This document shows positions 40,414 through 53,459 of a DNA stretch of 64,000 nucleotides, one piece after another. Every line of letters begins with the position of its first letter. The stretch's first letter is position 1. Both the position numbers and the translations under genes were made by a program. This DNA is from Geosiphon pyriformis uo1 (lineage: Eukaryota > Fungi > Glomeromycota). Below the pieces are notes generated by a model. That model was given only the letters and a program-made list of their open reading frames with translations. It had not been told where the DNA came from and did not search any database. The stretch is from positions 310,001 through 374,000 of the forward strand of contig JAAOMT010000690.1 of the NCBI GenBank assembly GCA_016748015.1. The letters are read 5' to 3'.

Positions 40414-40434
40414 TGTGTGTGTGTGTGTGTGTGT
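40414..40434 (+). repeat. (GT)n microsatellite
   Basis: Direct reading. Confidence 0.9.
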
Positions 40435-41444
40435 TAAAAAATATGAAGATACAACCTTTAAATTGTTTCTCCTTTCCTATAATCATTGCTAGCACCCAGA
40501 AATTAGGAACAAGGTTTTATTTTGAAAATTGAGTTATCGTTCATGTCTTTGGCTAGTGGCGGTAAAAAAAAATGCGGCTTAAATCTTGAATTCAGTCATC
40601 AAATTATGCTGCTAGCTGAAACGTAAACTCAAAAAAAAAAACGATATTTACCACAGATAGTAAATAAAATAGTGCTCCCTTTCGTTGGAGTATATTAAAT
40701 TAAAAAAAAAAACACTTTGGAAAACTTCGTTCAGCTTTGACCGAAATTCTTACGAAGAAAAAACCTCCGTTAGTCAAATATACACGTGTAAGTCCTTTAA
40801 AAAAATTTACTTTACATACAATCTTAAAAATTTCAAAGTAGTTTTGGGTAAACATTGGGTAGTTAAGTTTTTTTGATAGATAGTGATACTATCCACATCT
40901 TTGATGTCATAGTGACTCTGATTTATTGTTAGAGAAAGTATTTTAAAGCCATATAACATCAACAATCATGTTTAGTTTTCACAATGAGATTTGATAAACC
41001 CGATTTATAATAATAAAACAATGATTAGTAATTAAGTTAATTACTGAAATTTGTCCAAAGATAGTGTTCTTACCCAAACCTGCATTCCCCTTCTCATTTA
41101 ATATTAGACCATTCATTTAAAATGTCTTTTTTCGTAAAAGTTTTGTTTTTACACAAATTTTTTACACCTTGTTTCACTGATTAAAATTTTTTTTAAAAAT
41201 ATGATAAAAGAATAAAATAAAAAATGCTTTTCTCGAATTGGTTATTCATAATTTTTTATTATTATTATTACTAACTAGTTCTGACCCTCAAAGCTAATAA
41301 ATTAAATCAGTTTATTTCAAGTACATAGAAAGCTATCTATGAATAATTTGTTCTATCCAACAATTGCTTCTCTTTGTAAATATTCTTGTTGAATTGTCAA
41401 CACCATATTGCCAAGGAATTTGCACAAATAAGAGTTACAATGAA

Positions 41445-41475
41445 CATACATACATACATACATACATACATACAT
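41445..41475 (+). repeat. (ACAT)n microsatellite
   Basis: Direct reading. Confidence 0.9.
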
Positions 41476-42380
41476 CAATGAATTTTCAAGAGATGCAAGT
41501 ATAGTTAAAGAATCATTGCCAAAATCTTGGCATATCTGAAAAATGTGAATTTTCATCCAATAATGCTTATTAAAATGAGCATTATTGAATTAAACATTGG
41601 TAAAAATCTATTTTTGTTATCGAAAAATCTCTTGTTTTCTATTTTTAATTATCTAATTTTCCCACAATCTGATGCTATTTTTAAACTAATTTAATCTTGA
41701 ACTTTTAAAAGATTGCATGCATCAGCGATCTTTTGACTGGCAAATTAGATCTTCGTTTTTTTAGACCAAACCCGTATAAAGTATGTTTTTGATTACCCCC
41801 CCCCACCCCAAAGTTCATGATTAAAATCGACAATTCGAATTTTGCTGCGGCCCTTCAAAAAATCAGTTGAGATAATATCACCCTATCATGTGACTAGATA
41901 GCCAGCTTAACGAAACTGCGCCAAAATTTTTTAAAGGATTTATTAACCGGAAAAACCCTATGCTTAAAGAAATTATACAAGAAAGGAAGATCATGAACTT
42001 TAAAAAAAAAAACGTGAATAAATCCGGTTGAATTAAGGTTTCATTAATGATTATATTTCTGTCCCACTTTTATTTCTAATTATAAAAAATTTTCCGATGG
42101 CGTACAATGATGTTATTTTTAGGGTCTTCATCCCTTTACCCAATATGGATTTTCAAATGACTTTAGAGTTTTGATTGCTAATATTTTTTTCTTTTGAAAG
42201 TATCGCTCGAATATTCGCTTTAGGAAATTTTCTGATAAAATTCTTTGAAAGCAAAGAGTTTTCTTTAATAAACTTGTGTGTGTGTATGTGAAAGGAAAGT
42301 GAAAAAGATTTTACTTCCCTATAATATTAACTTTATTTAATTGCCCAATAATTATGAAAAAAATTAAATTTTCTAAAATC

Positions 42381-42382
<2 letters not shown>

Positions 42383-42421
<39 letters not shown>
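42383..42421 (+). repeat. (TAT)n microsatellite
   Basis: Direct reading; a similar tract lies at ~58824-58855. Confidence 0.9.
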
Positions 42422-42422
<1 letters not shown>

Positions 42423-44529
42423 TAAAAACATATTTCACGTGGGAGATACGAATAAGATTTTCAATCCTGATTAAGCTTCACATGCAGAAAAGCTGATTCG
42501 ATAAGCTCATTTATTTTTTTCTGTCAAAATGAATTTTTATCATAGCAAATTTTTTTTCAAAGAAAATGTTTCCTCGGAAAAAAAAAATGTCATTGTAAAA
42601 ATTTCTGGCTTCATAGGTATTTACAGCTCGGTAAAATTTCATAACTTTCTTCCAAGTTTAGTGTTGCAAACAATGGGATTCAAAAATTTCCATCAGTTTG
42701 ATAAACTCCTCTGATCATCTCCTCGTACTTTCAAAGGATCAATCAACAATCACATGCTAGAACTGTTAATAATAAATTGAATCACTTCATGTTTATTAGT
42801 AAATTCATCATAGGCTTGATGTATAAATTTTTACAAGTATATTTGTACTAAGAGTTACTATTTTTTAAAAATTTCAAATTCTAGATTTTCACGTGAAGTT
42901 TGTTTTCATAATATTGACTTTGAATAAAACTCAAATTAGAAGATGACGATATTTATCATCTTGATCAAATAATAAAAAAATTTATTATAACATTTATTCT
43001 TGTTACAATTGCTGACGTCAATTTTAAAGTTGAAATTTGAAAAAAGAATTTATAATTTTTTTGTCCAGAATGAACAAAAAGAGGAGTAATTAGTCCCGTA
43101 GAATTTGATTTATTATTTGTTAAATAAATTCATTGGAATCAAATATTTAGAATCTTCTACATGCATAAAGTGAAGAAAAATATGTATATTGTTTAAAAGT
43201 TCCAATAAGCTTAAACCTCTTATCTCTGAAATTTTTATACAATCAAATAGCTCGTGATATTGACACTAAATAACCTTTTTATTATTTTTCAATCTCTTGG
43301 CGTTTGAATTTATTAATAGAATTTCGTAAAGAGAAAAATTTATATATGATTACTCAGTTTCTTCAGAGTACAAAAAGGCACCAAAATAGAAAATAAATAC
43401 GTAAATTGAATATATAGCCTTTTTTACTTTATGATATTCAATTAATTTTTATGATAAAAAAATGTATATTCACTAAAATTTAATCATGCTTATTTCTATT
43501 TTTATGTTAATCCCCTTCAAAAATTTTCAAGTTCACATTTTAGTACTACATTCGTTAAAAATATAGATAATTCCCTCCTTAAAATAATAAAAAAAGGGAT
43601 CATAATTAAAAAAAGTGACTTTTATGCTATAATTAATCTTTATCTTTATCTTTATCTATATCTTTAAATATTTTTTACAAGCTTTTCTTAAATTAGCATG
43701 AGATAATTGTTTTCCCGCTAAAAAAAAAAGATTATATACTTGACACGTTTTTTTGTCAATTTTGATTTTCAAAAAAAACTAAAAATTCCTAAATTGATCT
43801 TTGGAAAAAAGACTCTGACTAGGGGCTTTGATACTTTTTCATTATCATAGAAAACAATATTTTCAGTCATTTGAATAAATGATCGGGAAAATCTTTTAGT
43901 AACAGATGAGGGTACAACAAAAAAATTGGTCGTACCACTTTTTCGTAAAAATAGTAACAGACAATCTTTCCTTAAAAAAAAATACTGCATTTGGCTAATC
44001 ATTTCTCAATAACAATTTTCTATTTTTAAATCAGAAAATGATAAAAATAGACTAATTATGAATCAGCAAAATAGGCTTAGTCATATTTGTCTTTCAAATA
44101 AATAATAAATCTATTTTAAATTCAAACTAGTTGTATATTATTTTTTTCAATTGTCGGAATAATTTATTTTATATACGTTACAAATATATTATTTTATATA
44201 CTATATCACGAAATTTAACCTATCTGGATTCTAACCGTTTAAAAAGAGGTAACACAAATCATAATTTCGATTTTCAAATGATTACAAAATAAAACTATAA
44301 ATTCTCAGGATTCGTGGTTCTCCAAAATCATCCAAAAAAGATATAAATAAAAAGGTTAATTTTAAAGATTTAAACGCGACGAAGAGAAATATTTGTTACA
44401 TAAAGACAATTATTCATTCAAAAACTTTTGCTAATAACGAATTGTACAATCCTTTTCAAATATTCTAAAAGATAATTTGGTCAATATAAAGTCATATTCA
44501 ATCAAAAAAAACTTTCAAATCAAATCAAA

Positions 44530-45091
44530 ATGTCCAATAGCCCCCTTCATAATCGTTCTGAACTTCAAGAACGTTTCCGAAAAAGAGTTGAACGAGGCAC
44601 CGGTACTACAAGACCAACTCCAACAAAGTTTAATGAATTACCATCCCATCTTCGACAAGCTCTTCCTGAAAATTATACATATATAATTAAATCGTATAAA
44701 GAGTTAGAGGTTGAACCAGTCCAAGGGGCTCCAACCGCTGCTTTTGATTCCACGTTTTACATAAATATTTCATCTGCTGAAGCAATCGAAGAATGGCGAA
44801 GTGCTTTCCACGAAAAAACTGGAACCATATTTCGAATTACGAGGGCCGATAAAGTGAAAGGAATAAAAGTGATTTATCATAAAGATTTTCATTGTCGCCA
44901 TGCTGATATTGCCGCTATAAAGTATATGCAAAAAACTTATGCTCAAAAAACTGGTCAACGTAGAAGTCGAAATACGAATTGTCAATGTTTAGCGAAAATT
45001 CGACTTGAAAAAGCTCGACTTCAACTTTCCCACCCTTGTGAAATTCATTTGGTTTATAATCATAATCATCCGCTAGAAGGTTTTCCAACTC

Positions 45092-45126
<35 letters not shown>

Positions 45127-46455
45127 ATCCAATCAGTACAGCAGCATGTTATTGCAGCAGATATTGTTGGTTCTTCACCTGCTCCAATTTTTCAACATTC
45201 AACTTCGCCTCTGATTCAACAAGCACAATTTTATGATTCACCATCCCCTCTTCATCAATCTCCTGCACTGATTCATCATTTATCTTCTCCACTTATTGCA
45301 TCTCCGAGTGAGTCATCGACAGATACCGCGGCCTCCTTTAGTACCCACAGCAGTCCTGGATACCTGCCTGATCTTCATGAACTTGACTATCCTCAACCAA
45401 GTATGCAAAATCAGAACATCCTCATTCAAGATAATTCTGTTGTTATTCCCAGTGACATTATTTCTTCAGATGAAAATAACATTATTACTAGTCTTCATAG
45501 TCGAAATAATGATACTGAAAATGCTGTTGTAATTTCTTCTTCATCCTTACCTTCCATTTCAATTGCTCAAGATCATCAACAACAAAACACTAATTTATCA
45601 ATTTTACCTTCTTCCTCCCCCTCCTCTTCACCACACCAATCTCCTCCACCGAAATCACAATTTCACCCAACTTGTTTACAACGTTCACCTTCCAATTCTT
45701 CAATCATTTCTTCTCACGCTTATTCTGACAATAACAACACTATCAATCAAAATTCAAATGCTTCACCACTTTTAGCAGATTTTCATGAATTTGTCAAAGA
45801 AGCTCAAATTGATATTGTTGATGGAGATATGGAATATTGTGAAGGATTAAGGAGATTTGTGAATTTTCATCGAAAAGCAAGAAGAACGAGCCTTGCCCAT
45901 GCCACTGAATTTTTAAAACAATTTGATTGGCAGGTTTATACAGATGGCATGACAACCGATCCCCTTCAATTTGCAATTTATAATGATAATAGTCATCGTC
46001 ATCATCATCATCATCATCAACAACAAATTGAATCGCAACAACATTCATATAATCAGCAACACCTTCCACAAATAATCTCCGCATATCAGCACACGAGAAC
46101 TCCCATTCATTTGATGAACACACAACATCAAGCATACAACCAGCAGCAAGAACAGATACCACAATCTTATGAGCAACAATATCATCATGATCAATCACAA
46201 ATGTTTCAAAATCATATTCCCCCGAGAACCTCTACCACATCGGACATGGTCAACTCTCGAAAACGAAGCGCTGATGAATTAATAGGCGAAACAATTGAAT
46301 CTAACGATGAAATGCGTAAAAGATTTCGAAATCCTGTACAAAAACGAGTTGCCATGGTCAGGGAAATGTCCCAAATCCCAAATAGACAAATTCAAAGGCT
46401 AGGTGATGTTGTAAATGACCATCACCATCAATTAGTCATGCAGAGTCAATTGTAG
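44530..46455 (+). CDS. Putative transcription factor with a FAR1/WRKY-like (Mutator-derived) N-terminal zinc domain and S/Q/H low-complexity tracts
   Basis: Intact 641-aa intronless ORF. FHCRH...RSRNTNCQCLAKI...EIHLVYNHNHPL gives C...C...HxH. Poly-S, poly-H/Q tracts and NLS-like SRKRS and MRKRFR are present. Confidence 0.75.
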
Positions 46456-47979
46456 ATAATCAAAAAACCAGCATCAATTTTCTTTTTGAGGGATTTTGAA
46501 ATTAGAGTTTCGCAATTGTAGATTATTCAAATTATATATAACAAGACAGAAAAGACTTTTTTTTCTAGAGCAGAGCTCTAGAAACATTGGCAAGATTGAT
46601 AAAAATTTTATCTTTTACGCCACAAAATTTTTACTGGAAAGTTGATTAATAACTTTGCTAGTATGTAAATATTTTTATTTTAAAAAAAAATTTCACTTAG
46701 TATATACTTTCTCAACACAAATTTTCAATATTTTTTTGTATCTATTGTTTTTTTTTTCTTTAACCCTTAAAGAGTGTCAATATTTAAACTTGTGCGCACC
46801 AAAATGTTTTAATTCAAAAAAAAATTCGTCCAATAAAATCGAAGTTTTAAAAAATACTTGAAGACTGCCTGAAAGGAAGTGAACTAATAATGCATGTACA
46901 TCACAGATGCATTAAAATTTTGCCTAAAAACTACTTCTCATTTCTGGAAAACAATAGCAGCATATTAATGTTTGTAACTTTGTTTTCCATTTTAAGGTTA
47001 GAATGTGTCGGTAATACCACATTACCAAACATAATATGTTTAAAATGGTGTCAATTGCAATCATAGGCCAAATTCTTAAATAGGCTTTTAAAATTATGAC
47101 TTTGGTAAACATATGATGATCATGAAAAGGCGCGAAAGAACCCGATAATTCCCTTTGTGTTCGTAATCTATTTTTATATCAATTGACAAAAACAACCAAA
47201 CAATCAACAAATAAAAAATGATCACAATATGATTGATTAAAAATAGATTTAAAGATGTTTCTTTAATGCGGATATGGTCTGGATGTCTGACGTTTTGTCG
47301 AATTTTTAGAGTTTTTGGAAATGAAAAAGTATCGCAGCTAGAATTTTCGAGATTTATCTTCAGGGTTTGTAACAAGCACACCTCAATGATAAGGAGATTT
47401 CCCGAATACGAAATCTTTTTTTTCACCGTCAAGACTGTTTTGACTCACGTTACTTAATTTATCAAAAAATTATATATGCTATCATATTGCGTCAAAATGA
47501 AAGAGATTTTATTTACCCGAAAAAAGTATCCTTCACTTTAGGCCTCTGGTTTTCACAATTCTCTGCCAATGAGAAACCATGTAACGCTCTTTTTTTAGGA
47601 AACCTATATCCGGTGAAAAACAGATCGAGAAAAAATAATAGATATAGGACAATCCTTAATATATAAAAATAGAATTTGAACATGTAATGTCCAAAGGAAG
47701 TTAAATTGTGAATTGTTTTTAGAGTTTAAATTTTTCTGGCAAGATTTTTTTATTTGAATTTCAAAATTCGCAACTTTCAAAATTGTCACATTGATTGAAT
47801 TAGTAGTGGTTCAACATAAAGATAATGATGAAAATTATTAGTCAAATTTATGCCAAAATAAAACTGGTGGCTTCTTATGGATGTTTACACTAGTGATATT
47901 CTCTTTATAGTGTTTGGGATTGTAAAAATCTGTCTAAGGTGCTATTTGGCCAAGATTGTTCTTCAAGTAAGAAATGGGT

Positions 47980-48412
47980 AAAGGCAAATCTCGCCAAGCC
48001 CATCCATCGCTTCAATGCTTCTGAGGGTGGTTTGTATACATCCTGACTAGTAACGTGCGGTTAAGGATACCTTCCGTCTTCTGGCGTTCGTCACGGCTTT
48101 CCCTTGCATTTTTTTGTTCCTGCGTTCTCTTCAGTAGCGAGAAGCTCTCCTTCCCTGCATGCAGCAGATGAAGACTGTGTTGACGTCAAGAATATCCTGG
48201 AAGAGCTTGCGCCCGTCAGAGGTCGCATCGTCGAAGAAGACCATGAGTTTTGCAGAATGGAGGGAGAGGATATATTGTAGGGGGCCAAAGGCAAATAGGC
48301 AGAGCCAATCACAGTGAGTAAGGGTAACGCACCGTGGTTTGATCGTTCCAGTAGGGTCTTAAGCCACTTGAAGTTGACATCAGAGCCAATATTCCTGATG
48401 AGCCCATATGTT
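47980..48412 (-). pseudogene. 5' fragment of the Fanzor2/TnpB-like gene, co-duplicated with the kinase
   Basis: Colinear with 54655-55090. Encodes LRPYWNDQ, QNSWSSST, RTLLVRMYTNHPQ/LKRWMGLARF, then is truncated. Confidence 0.75.
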
Positions 48413-48578
48413 GGGAAATCCAACAAATATTTTTATTTGCTATCAATAAAAAACTAATCAGGTTCAAAATCGCGAAATTAAATACCCAACCTTTTTCCTC
48501 TTTCCTGAACTAACTTCGCAAACTGCTACCAAAAAAGGTTAGCTCTAGGCCCGTGTCTCTAGTGCAAAACAAAAAAAG

Positions 48579-50482
48579 GATATTTCTCAAAAAACTCCTT
48601 CGCTTGATTTTACTCTCGATCATTCGAAGTTTTTAGATTCTGCTTGCTATATAGTTTTGAATTTTTTTCCCGAATGGGAACGGAAAGATATGAAGCTGGT
48701 AGAGAAGAAAGGAGGGCTTACTAATAAACGTAATAGAAATACGATTTGTGAAGTTTTAAGATATTTTATTGATGAAAATTCTATATTGATTCAATAGTCG
48801 TCATTTGTGAAAACATTCAAAAAAAGTCAAAAATCTTGGTGCGTGTTTTTGGTAAAAATTCCGAGTTACTAATTGATCGTGAACAAGAACTAAGGGTAAG
48901 CTTTCTACCTGGAAAGCACGGTTTTTTCTTTGATCATATCTCACCTTACTTGACCATAATAGACATTATTGAGCCTCTCGAAATTAGGATTATCACCACC
49001 CGTGTATGGAAGATTTCAAAACGGAATAGTCTATGGATNNNNNNNNNNNNNNNNNNNNTGAAGCTGGTAGAGAAGAAAGGAGGGCTTACTAATAAACGTA
49101 ATAGAAATACGATTTGTGAAGTTTTAAGATATTTTATTGATGAAAATTCTATATTGATTCAATAGTCGTCATTTGTGAAAACATTCAAAAAAAGTCAAAA
49201 ATCTTGGTGCGTGTTTTTGGTAAAAATTCCGAGTTACTAATTGATCGTGAACAAGAACTAAGGGTAAGCTTTCTACCTGGAAAGCACGGTTTTTTCTTTG
49301 ATCATATCTCACCTTACTTGACCATAATAGACATTATTGAGCCTCTCGAAATTAGGATTATCACCACCCGTGTATGGAAGATTTCAAAACGGAATAGTCT
49401 ATGGATGTATTCCAGGGGAACATCTTTTATTGAGTGATTTTAGTGATTTTAAGAAATCAGCGTTGGTGGCCAGACAGTTGGCTTTACTACATTCTACAGA
49501 AGTAGCAGGCCCAAATAATGTTGTTATATGGGGAATTATAAAAAAATGGCTTAATCAACGGTTTGTACGATTAAGAGTATAGCTGTATTGGTTGGATAGT
49601 AGATATCGCTTAAAAAAAATTTAGTTTCGAAAGAATTCAGTGATCCCAAAGACACGGAAAGATTTGCAAAGCATTATAAACTCAGCGATTTGAAGCAAGA
49701 GGTATTATATTCTTATAAAATGAAAGTCAATTTTTTTCACACCTACACCTACATTTACTATTATAATTATAACTTGATAGGCGACGAGCCTTCAAACAGC
49801 CCTCGAAAAAGTTCGCTCTCCAATTGTGTTCTGTCACAATGATTTATTACCTTTAAATATAATTTTCAATAAATCTGAAGAAAAAATTTCTTTCATCGAT
49901 TACGAATACGAATATTATAATTACAGAGGGTATGATATTGCGACCTTTTTCAGTGTATCTACTGGTGAGTTTCAGGTTTTAATTTTTATAAAAAATTTTG
50001 AATTGCTAAAAATGTTTTCTTCGTTAACAATAAAGGGCCTATGTATGATTTTACCCTTTTTCCAAAAAAGGACTTTCAAATTCGTTAGTTACGTGAATAC
50101 CCAGATCAAAGTGAACCTGGTAATAAAAATTTGGATATCGCCACTTGCCCCGATAGATTCTTAAGTAAATGTAAACACATCTTTTTTTTATCCCTTTAAG
50201 GACGACAAATAACACCAAATGAACTCGAGCAAATGTATGCTGAAGTTAACAAGTTTGCCCTGATATTACTTTTCCACCGTGGTCTATGGTGTTTAGTATT
50301 TGTCACCTTATTTATTGAGTATTGGTTTTATTAATCAGTATTTTTTAGAATGCAATTTTATCTTAACTCCATCCTTTCTTATTTTTTTATAACTGGCCGA
50401 CTTGAGCTATGATTTTTTAAAAATTTCGATTAGAGCTTTAGATCTGTATTTCCTGATTCGTGACGAAGTTCTCATGCTTTGA
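48579..50482 (+). pseudogene. Choline/ethanolamine kinase, copy 1, probable pseudogene
   Basis: GGLTNK, VRVFG, LIDREQE, GRFQNG, CHNDLLPLNI and IDYEY are present. Lesions: ATG replaced by AAG at an inversion junction; +1 insertion (AATCAACG vs AATCACG) at ~49557; ~20-bp deletion near 50396 removing the last splice acceptor. Confidence 0.8.
49039..49058. other. Assembly gap (20 N) with artefactually duplicated 348-bp flank
   Basis: 48691-49038 is repeated identically at 49059-49406. Confidence 0.9.
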
Positions 50483-51089
50483 TGAATAATGAATTTTAAC
50501 AAATTCTGGGGCGAAGAAATTAAAGAGATTACTGATTCATGATCTTTTTTAACGGTCCTATCGGGAAAATGAAATTTAAAAATTATTTTTACACTATTAA
50601 TTTATCTAAGGCTTGGAAAGTTTTTGTGATTACCTCGAAAATTTCCCGTACCGCTTACTGCTGTATAAAGATTGACATTTATGTTATCAATAAAACCTCG
50701 GTCTTTTTTGCCAATGAATTTAATTAATTTTTCAATATGAAGCTTATCTTTACAACGTCCGAGGTAGAATATGTGACAGAAACCCCAAATATACGCTGAT
50801 GATAAATCATAGCATGCACAATTTTACTTTTTAGTTTCTTAATTAGTTTTAACCACATTCATACTCACATCGCTGAAGGAAATGAAGTGTACTTTTATGC
50901 ATGCCATATATATTTCGTTTTTTCCCAGCAAAATATTAATACAAACCTTAATTTTATTCAACCAGAAAAATTGGCCCTAAAATTAAAAACATTATATGCG
51001 TTTTTCCTTAAAATGATTTGTTGTAAAAAAACCCCTTGTAGATCAATGCAAATTTCGTTTAACACTATTAATTATAGCAATTAACCAAT

Positions 51090-53370
51090 AGTAATGATGA
51101 ATAATTAAATAACTAAATTAAAAAGATTGAATAATTGAGATAAATAAAATGGATAAAGTGAATAATAAAAATAAAAAATGTTTTTGAAAACTAATTTTTA
51201 AGTGGTAAAAGTGTACTAAAATAAATTTGAGAATTAAATGAAATAAGATGGGTAATTATTTTGCAGGCTTGGTTATAAAACCAAATTTTAAGATGCCATA
51301 TAGAATTTCTGATGGTATTTGCACTACAAAAATAGTTTAGCTAATGCTTGGCATTTTGTTTACTATGTGTATAATACTATTAATTGCATTTAATAGGAAA
51401 TTTATTAATAATATTGATTTGAAAAAAACTGTCTTAATATACCATTCTAACTTACATTTCAATACCGGTTTGATTAATACTAAGATTATTAACTTTTATA
51501 AAAGTGGTTTGTAAAAACTTTTTTACAATAAAATATGAAAAAATTTATGATATTAAATATTTAAGTATTGTCTATATAAAGTGTGATAAAATTAAAGTAT
51601 TTGATTTATATATTCAAATACATAACTAATCTGAATATTGCAACTAAAATTGTTGTTGAATATGTCAAATTATTCTTAAATTAAGTATTCACAAATTTAA
51701 TATTCTGAAAAATCTTAATTTGTTTAAATATCAAGATAGAATATAAATATTTACTATTAAAATAAAATCGAAATATGAAAAAAATGAATGAAATTATCAT
51801 GAATAAATTAATACTTTTTAGAAAAAAAGTTATTAAGTTAAGTCTAAGTTATTTAAAAAAATTTGATAATTAAGTATATTTTACAAATAAAAATACATTT
51901 TACATATAATTATAAAAGTAATAATAAAATTAGTAATTGTATTAACTTAGCATAATAATGTTTTAACACAAAATTAAATAATTAATTATATAATAAAAAC
52001 ACATATTTCACATTTAAAATAATATTATATAATTAAAATAAAAAAATAAACATTTTTATAAAATCTGATTAAATTAAAGCAAATTTATTTAAAAACTTTT
52101 TATTAATTGTAATTTAATATTTAAAACTTTATAAACTAAAATTATTTAAACAACTACAAGCTAAAAAAAAGTTGGTTAATATATTTATATTTACAAATAA
52201 CTTAACATAAATTATTTAATATAAAACTTATTAATAATAGTTAAGTTGTTAAAATAATTAATATGATTAAATATAATATAATATATAATACATTAAAAAT
52301 ATGTTTAAAAACTATATTACATATGTTACCATATAAAAATAAAATTATAATACATATTAAGTTTAATTATAATAATAAACTTAAAAAAACCTAATGTTTA
52401 ATAAATTTTAAAAATACATAAAATATTTAAATAATAAGTTAATTAAAAATTTGGGCCAATAAAACATATGTATATTAATATAATATTTAAAAATTTGGTT
52501 TTTTTTAATTAAAATTAAGCTTAAAATAATTATATTAAAACTAAAATATGTTTTAAATAATAGCATTGTAAATTTAATTATATAGATTATGTATTAATTA
52601 TTAATATTATATATATTGGTTATTCTATTTTTAAAAATAGTTGTTAATTTAATTATTAACTTAATTATTAATTTAATTATTGGCCAAATTATTAATCTAA
52701 TTATTAAAAATATATAAGCAAGATTTTTTAAAGTTATAGAAAAGTCTTCACACTTAAATTAATTTATTTAGACAAAAATTAATACAATAATATCTATTTT
52801 TATTTTATTATCTTAATTTATATATTGTTAGCTTTTGTAAAGTATATTAAATAAATATTTAATAAAAACATTAACATAAGACATATAATTATAATAGTTG
52901 TGTTATCTTTCTTAATAATATAAAATATTTTTAAATTTTTAAATTTTTAAATTTTCTTATTATCTTTTGGAAAATAATGATTAAGATATTTATAAAATCA
53001 ATCTTTTATATTAAATTCTTACCAATTTAATTTGATTATTTATTTGCCACACAATATTTGTTCTTTTTTGCTATCTATTAATATGTTACTTCAATCTGTA
53101 ATACTACTTTTTAAGCCAAAACCAAAATTAACTTTTTCATTTATTTCCTTATTATTAGTAACAGCCATCTTGTTTCTACTCATATCATTGTATTTATCTT
53201 TAGAAACAAAAGATGTTTTCAGAGACATTATTATTATTATTGCCAAAAGCCTTAATATTACCTTTCTTATTCACATTTTTCTGCTTGGGCCTTGTAATAT
53301 CCCTATTGTTAACAGAGCCAGAACTTTTTTTAGCTTTATTTTTAAACATAATCTTGCCAAAAATATCTAG
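51090..53370. repeat. Extremely AT-rich decayed sequence, probable mutated repeat of unknown family
   Basis: About 11% GC in 52141-52740 by hand count, with no CpG. A residual coding-like frame survives at the left edge (~51248-51540, +). Confidence 0.55.
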
Positions 53371-53459
53371 CACAGCCAATTTCTAAACAAAGAGGTTTAT
53401 GAACACAATATTGTGCTATGTAGCGCCTATTATTTTCTCCATGGTCATTTTAGGCCTAA

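Noticed and set aside
44770-46198. Antisense ORFs with poly-Met or poly-Asp
   Set aside because: Shadows of the (TCA)n/(CAT)n tracts of the real plus-strand gene.
51090-53370. Canonical Neurospora-type RIP, or organellar/endosymbiont DNA
   Set aside because: CpA/TpG are not selectively lost, and no mitochondrial or bacterial gene motifs were recognised.
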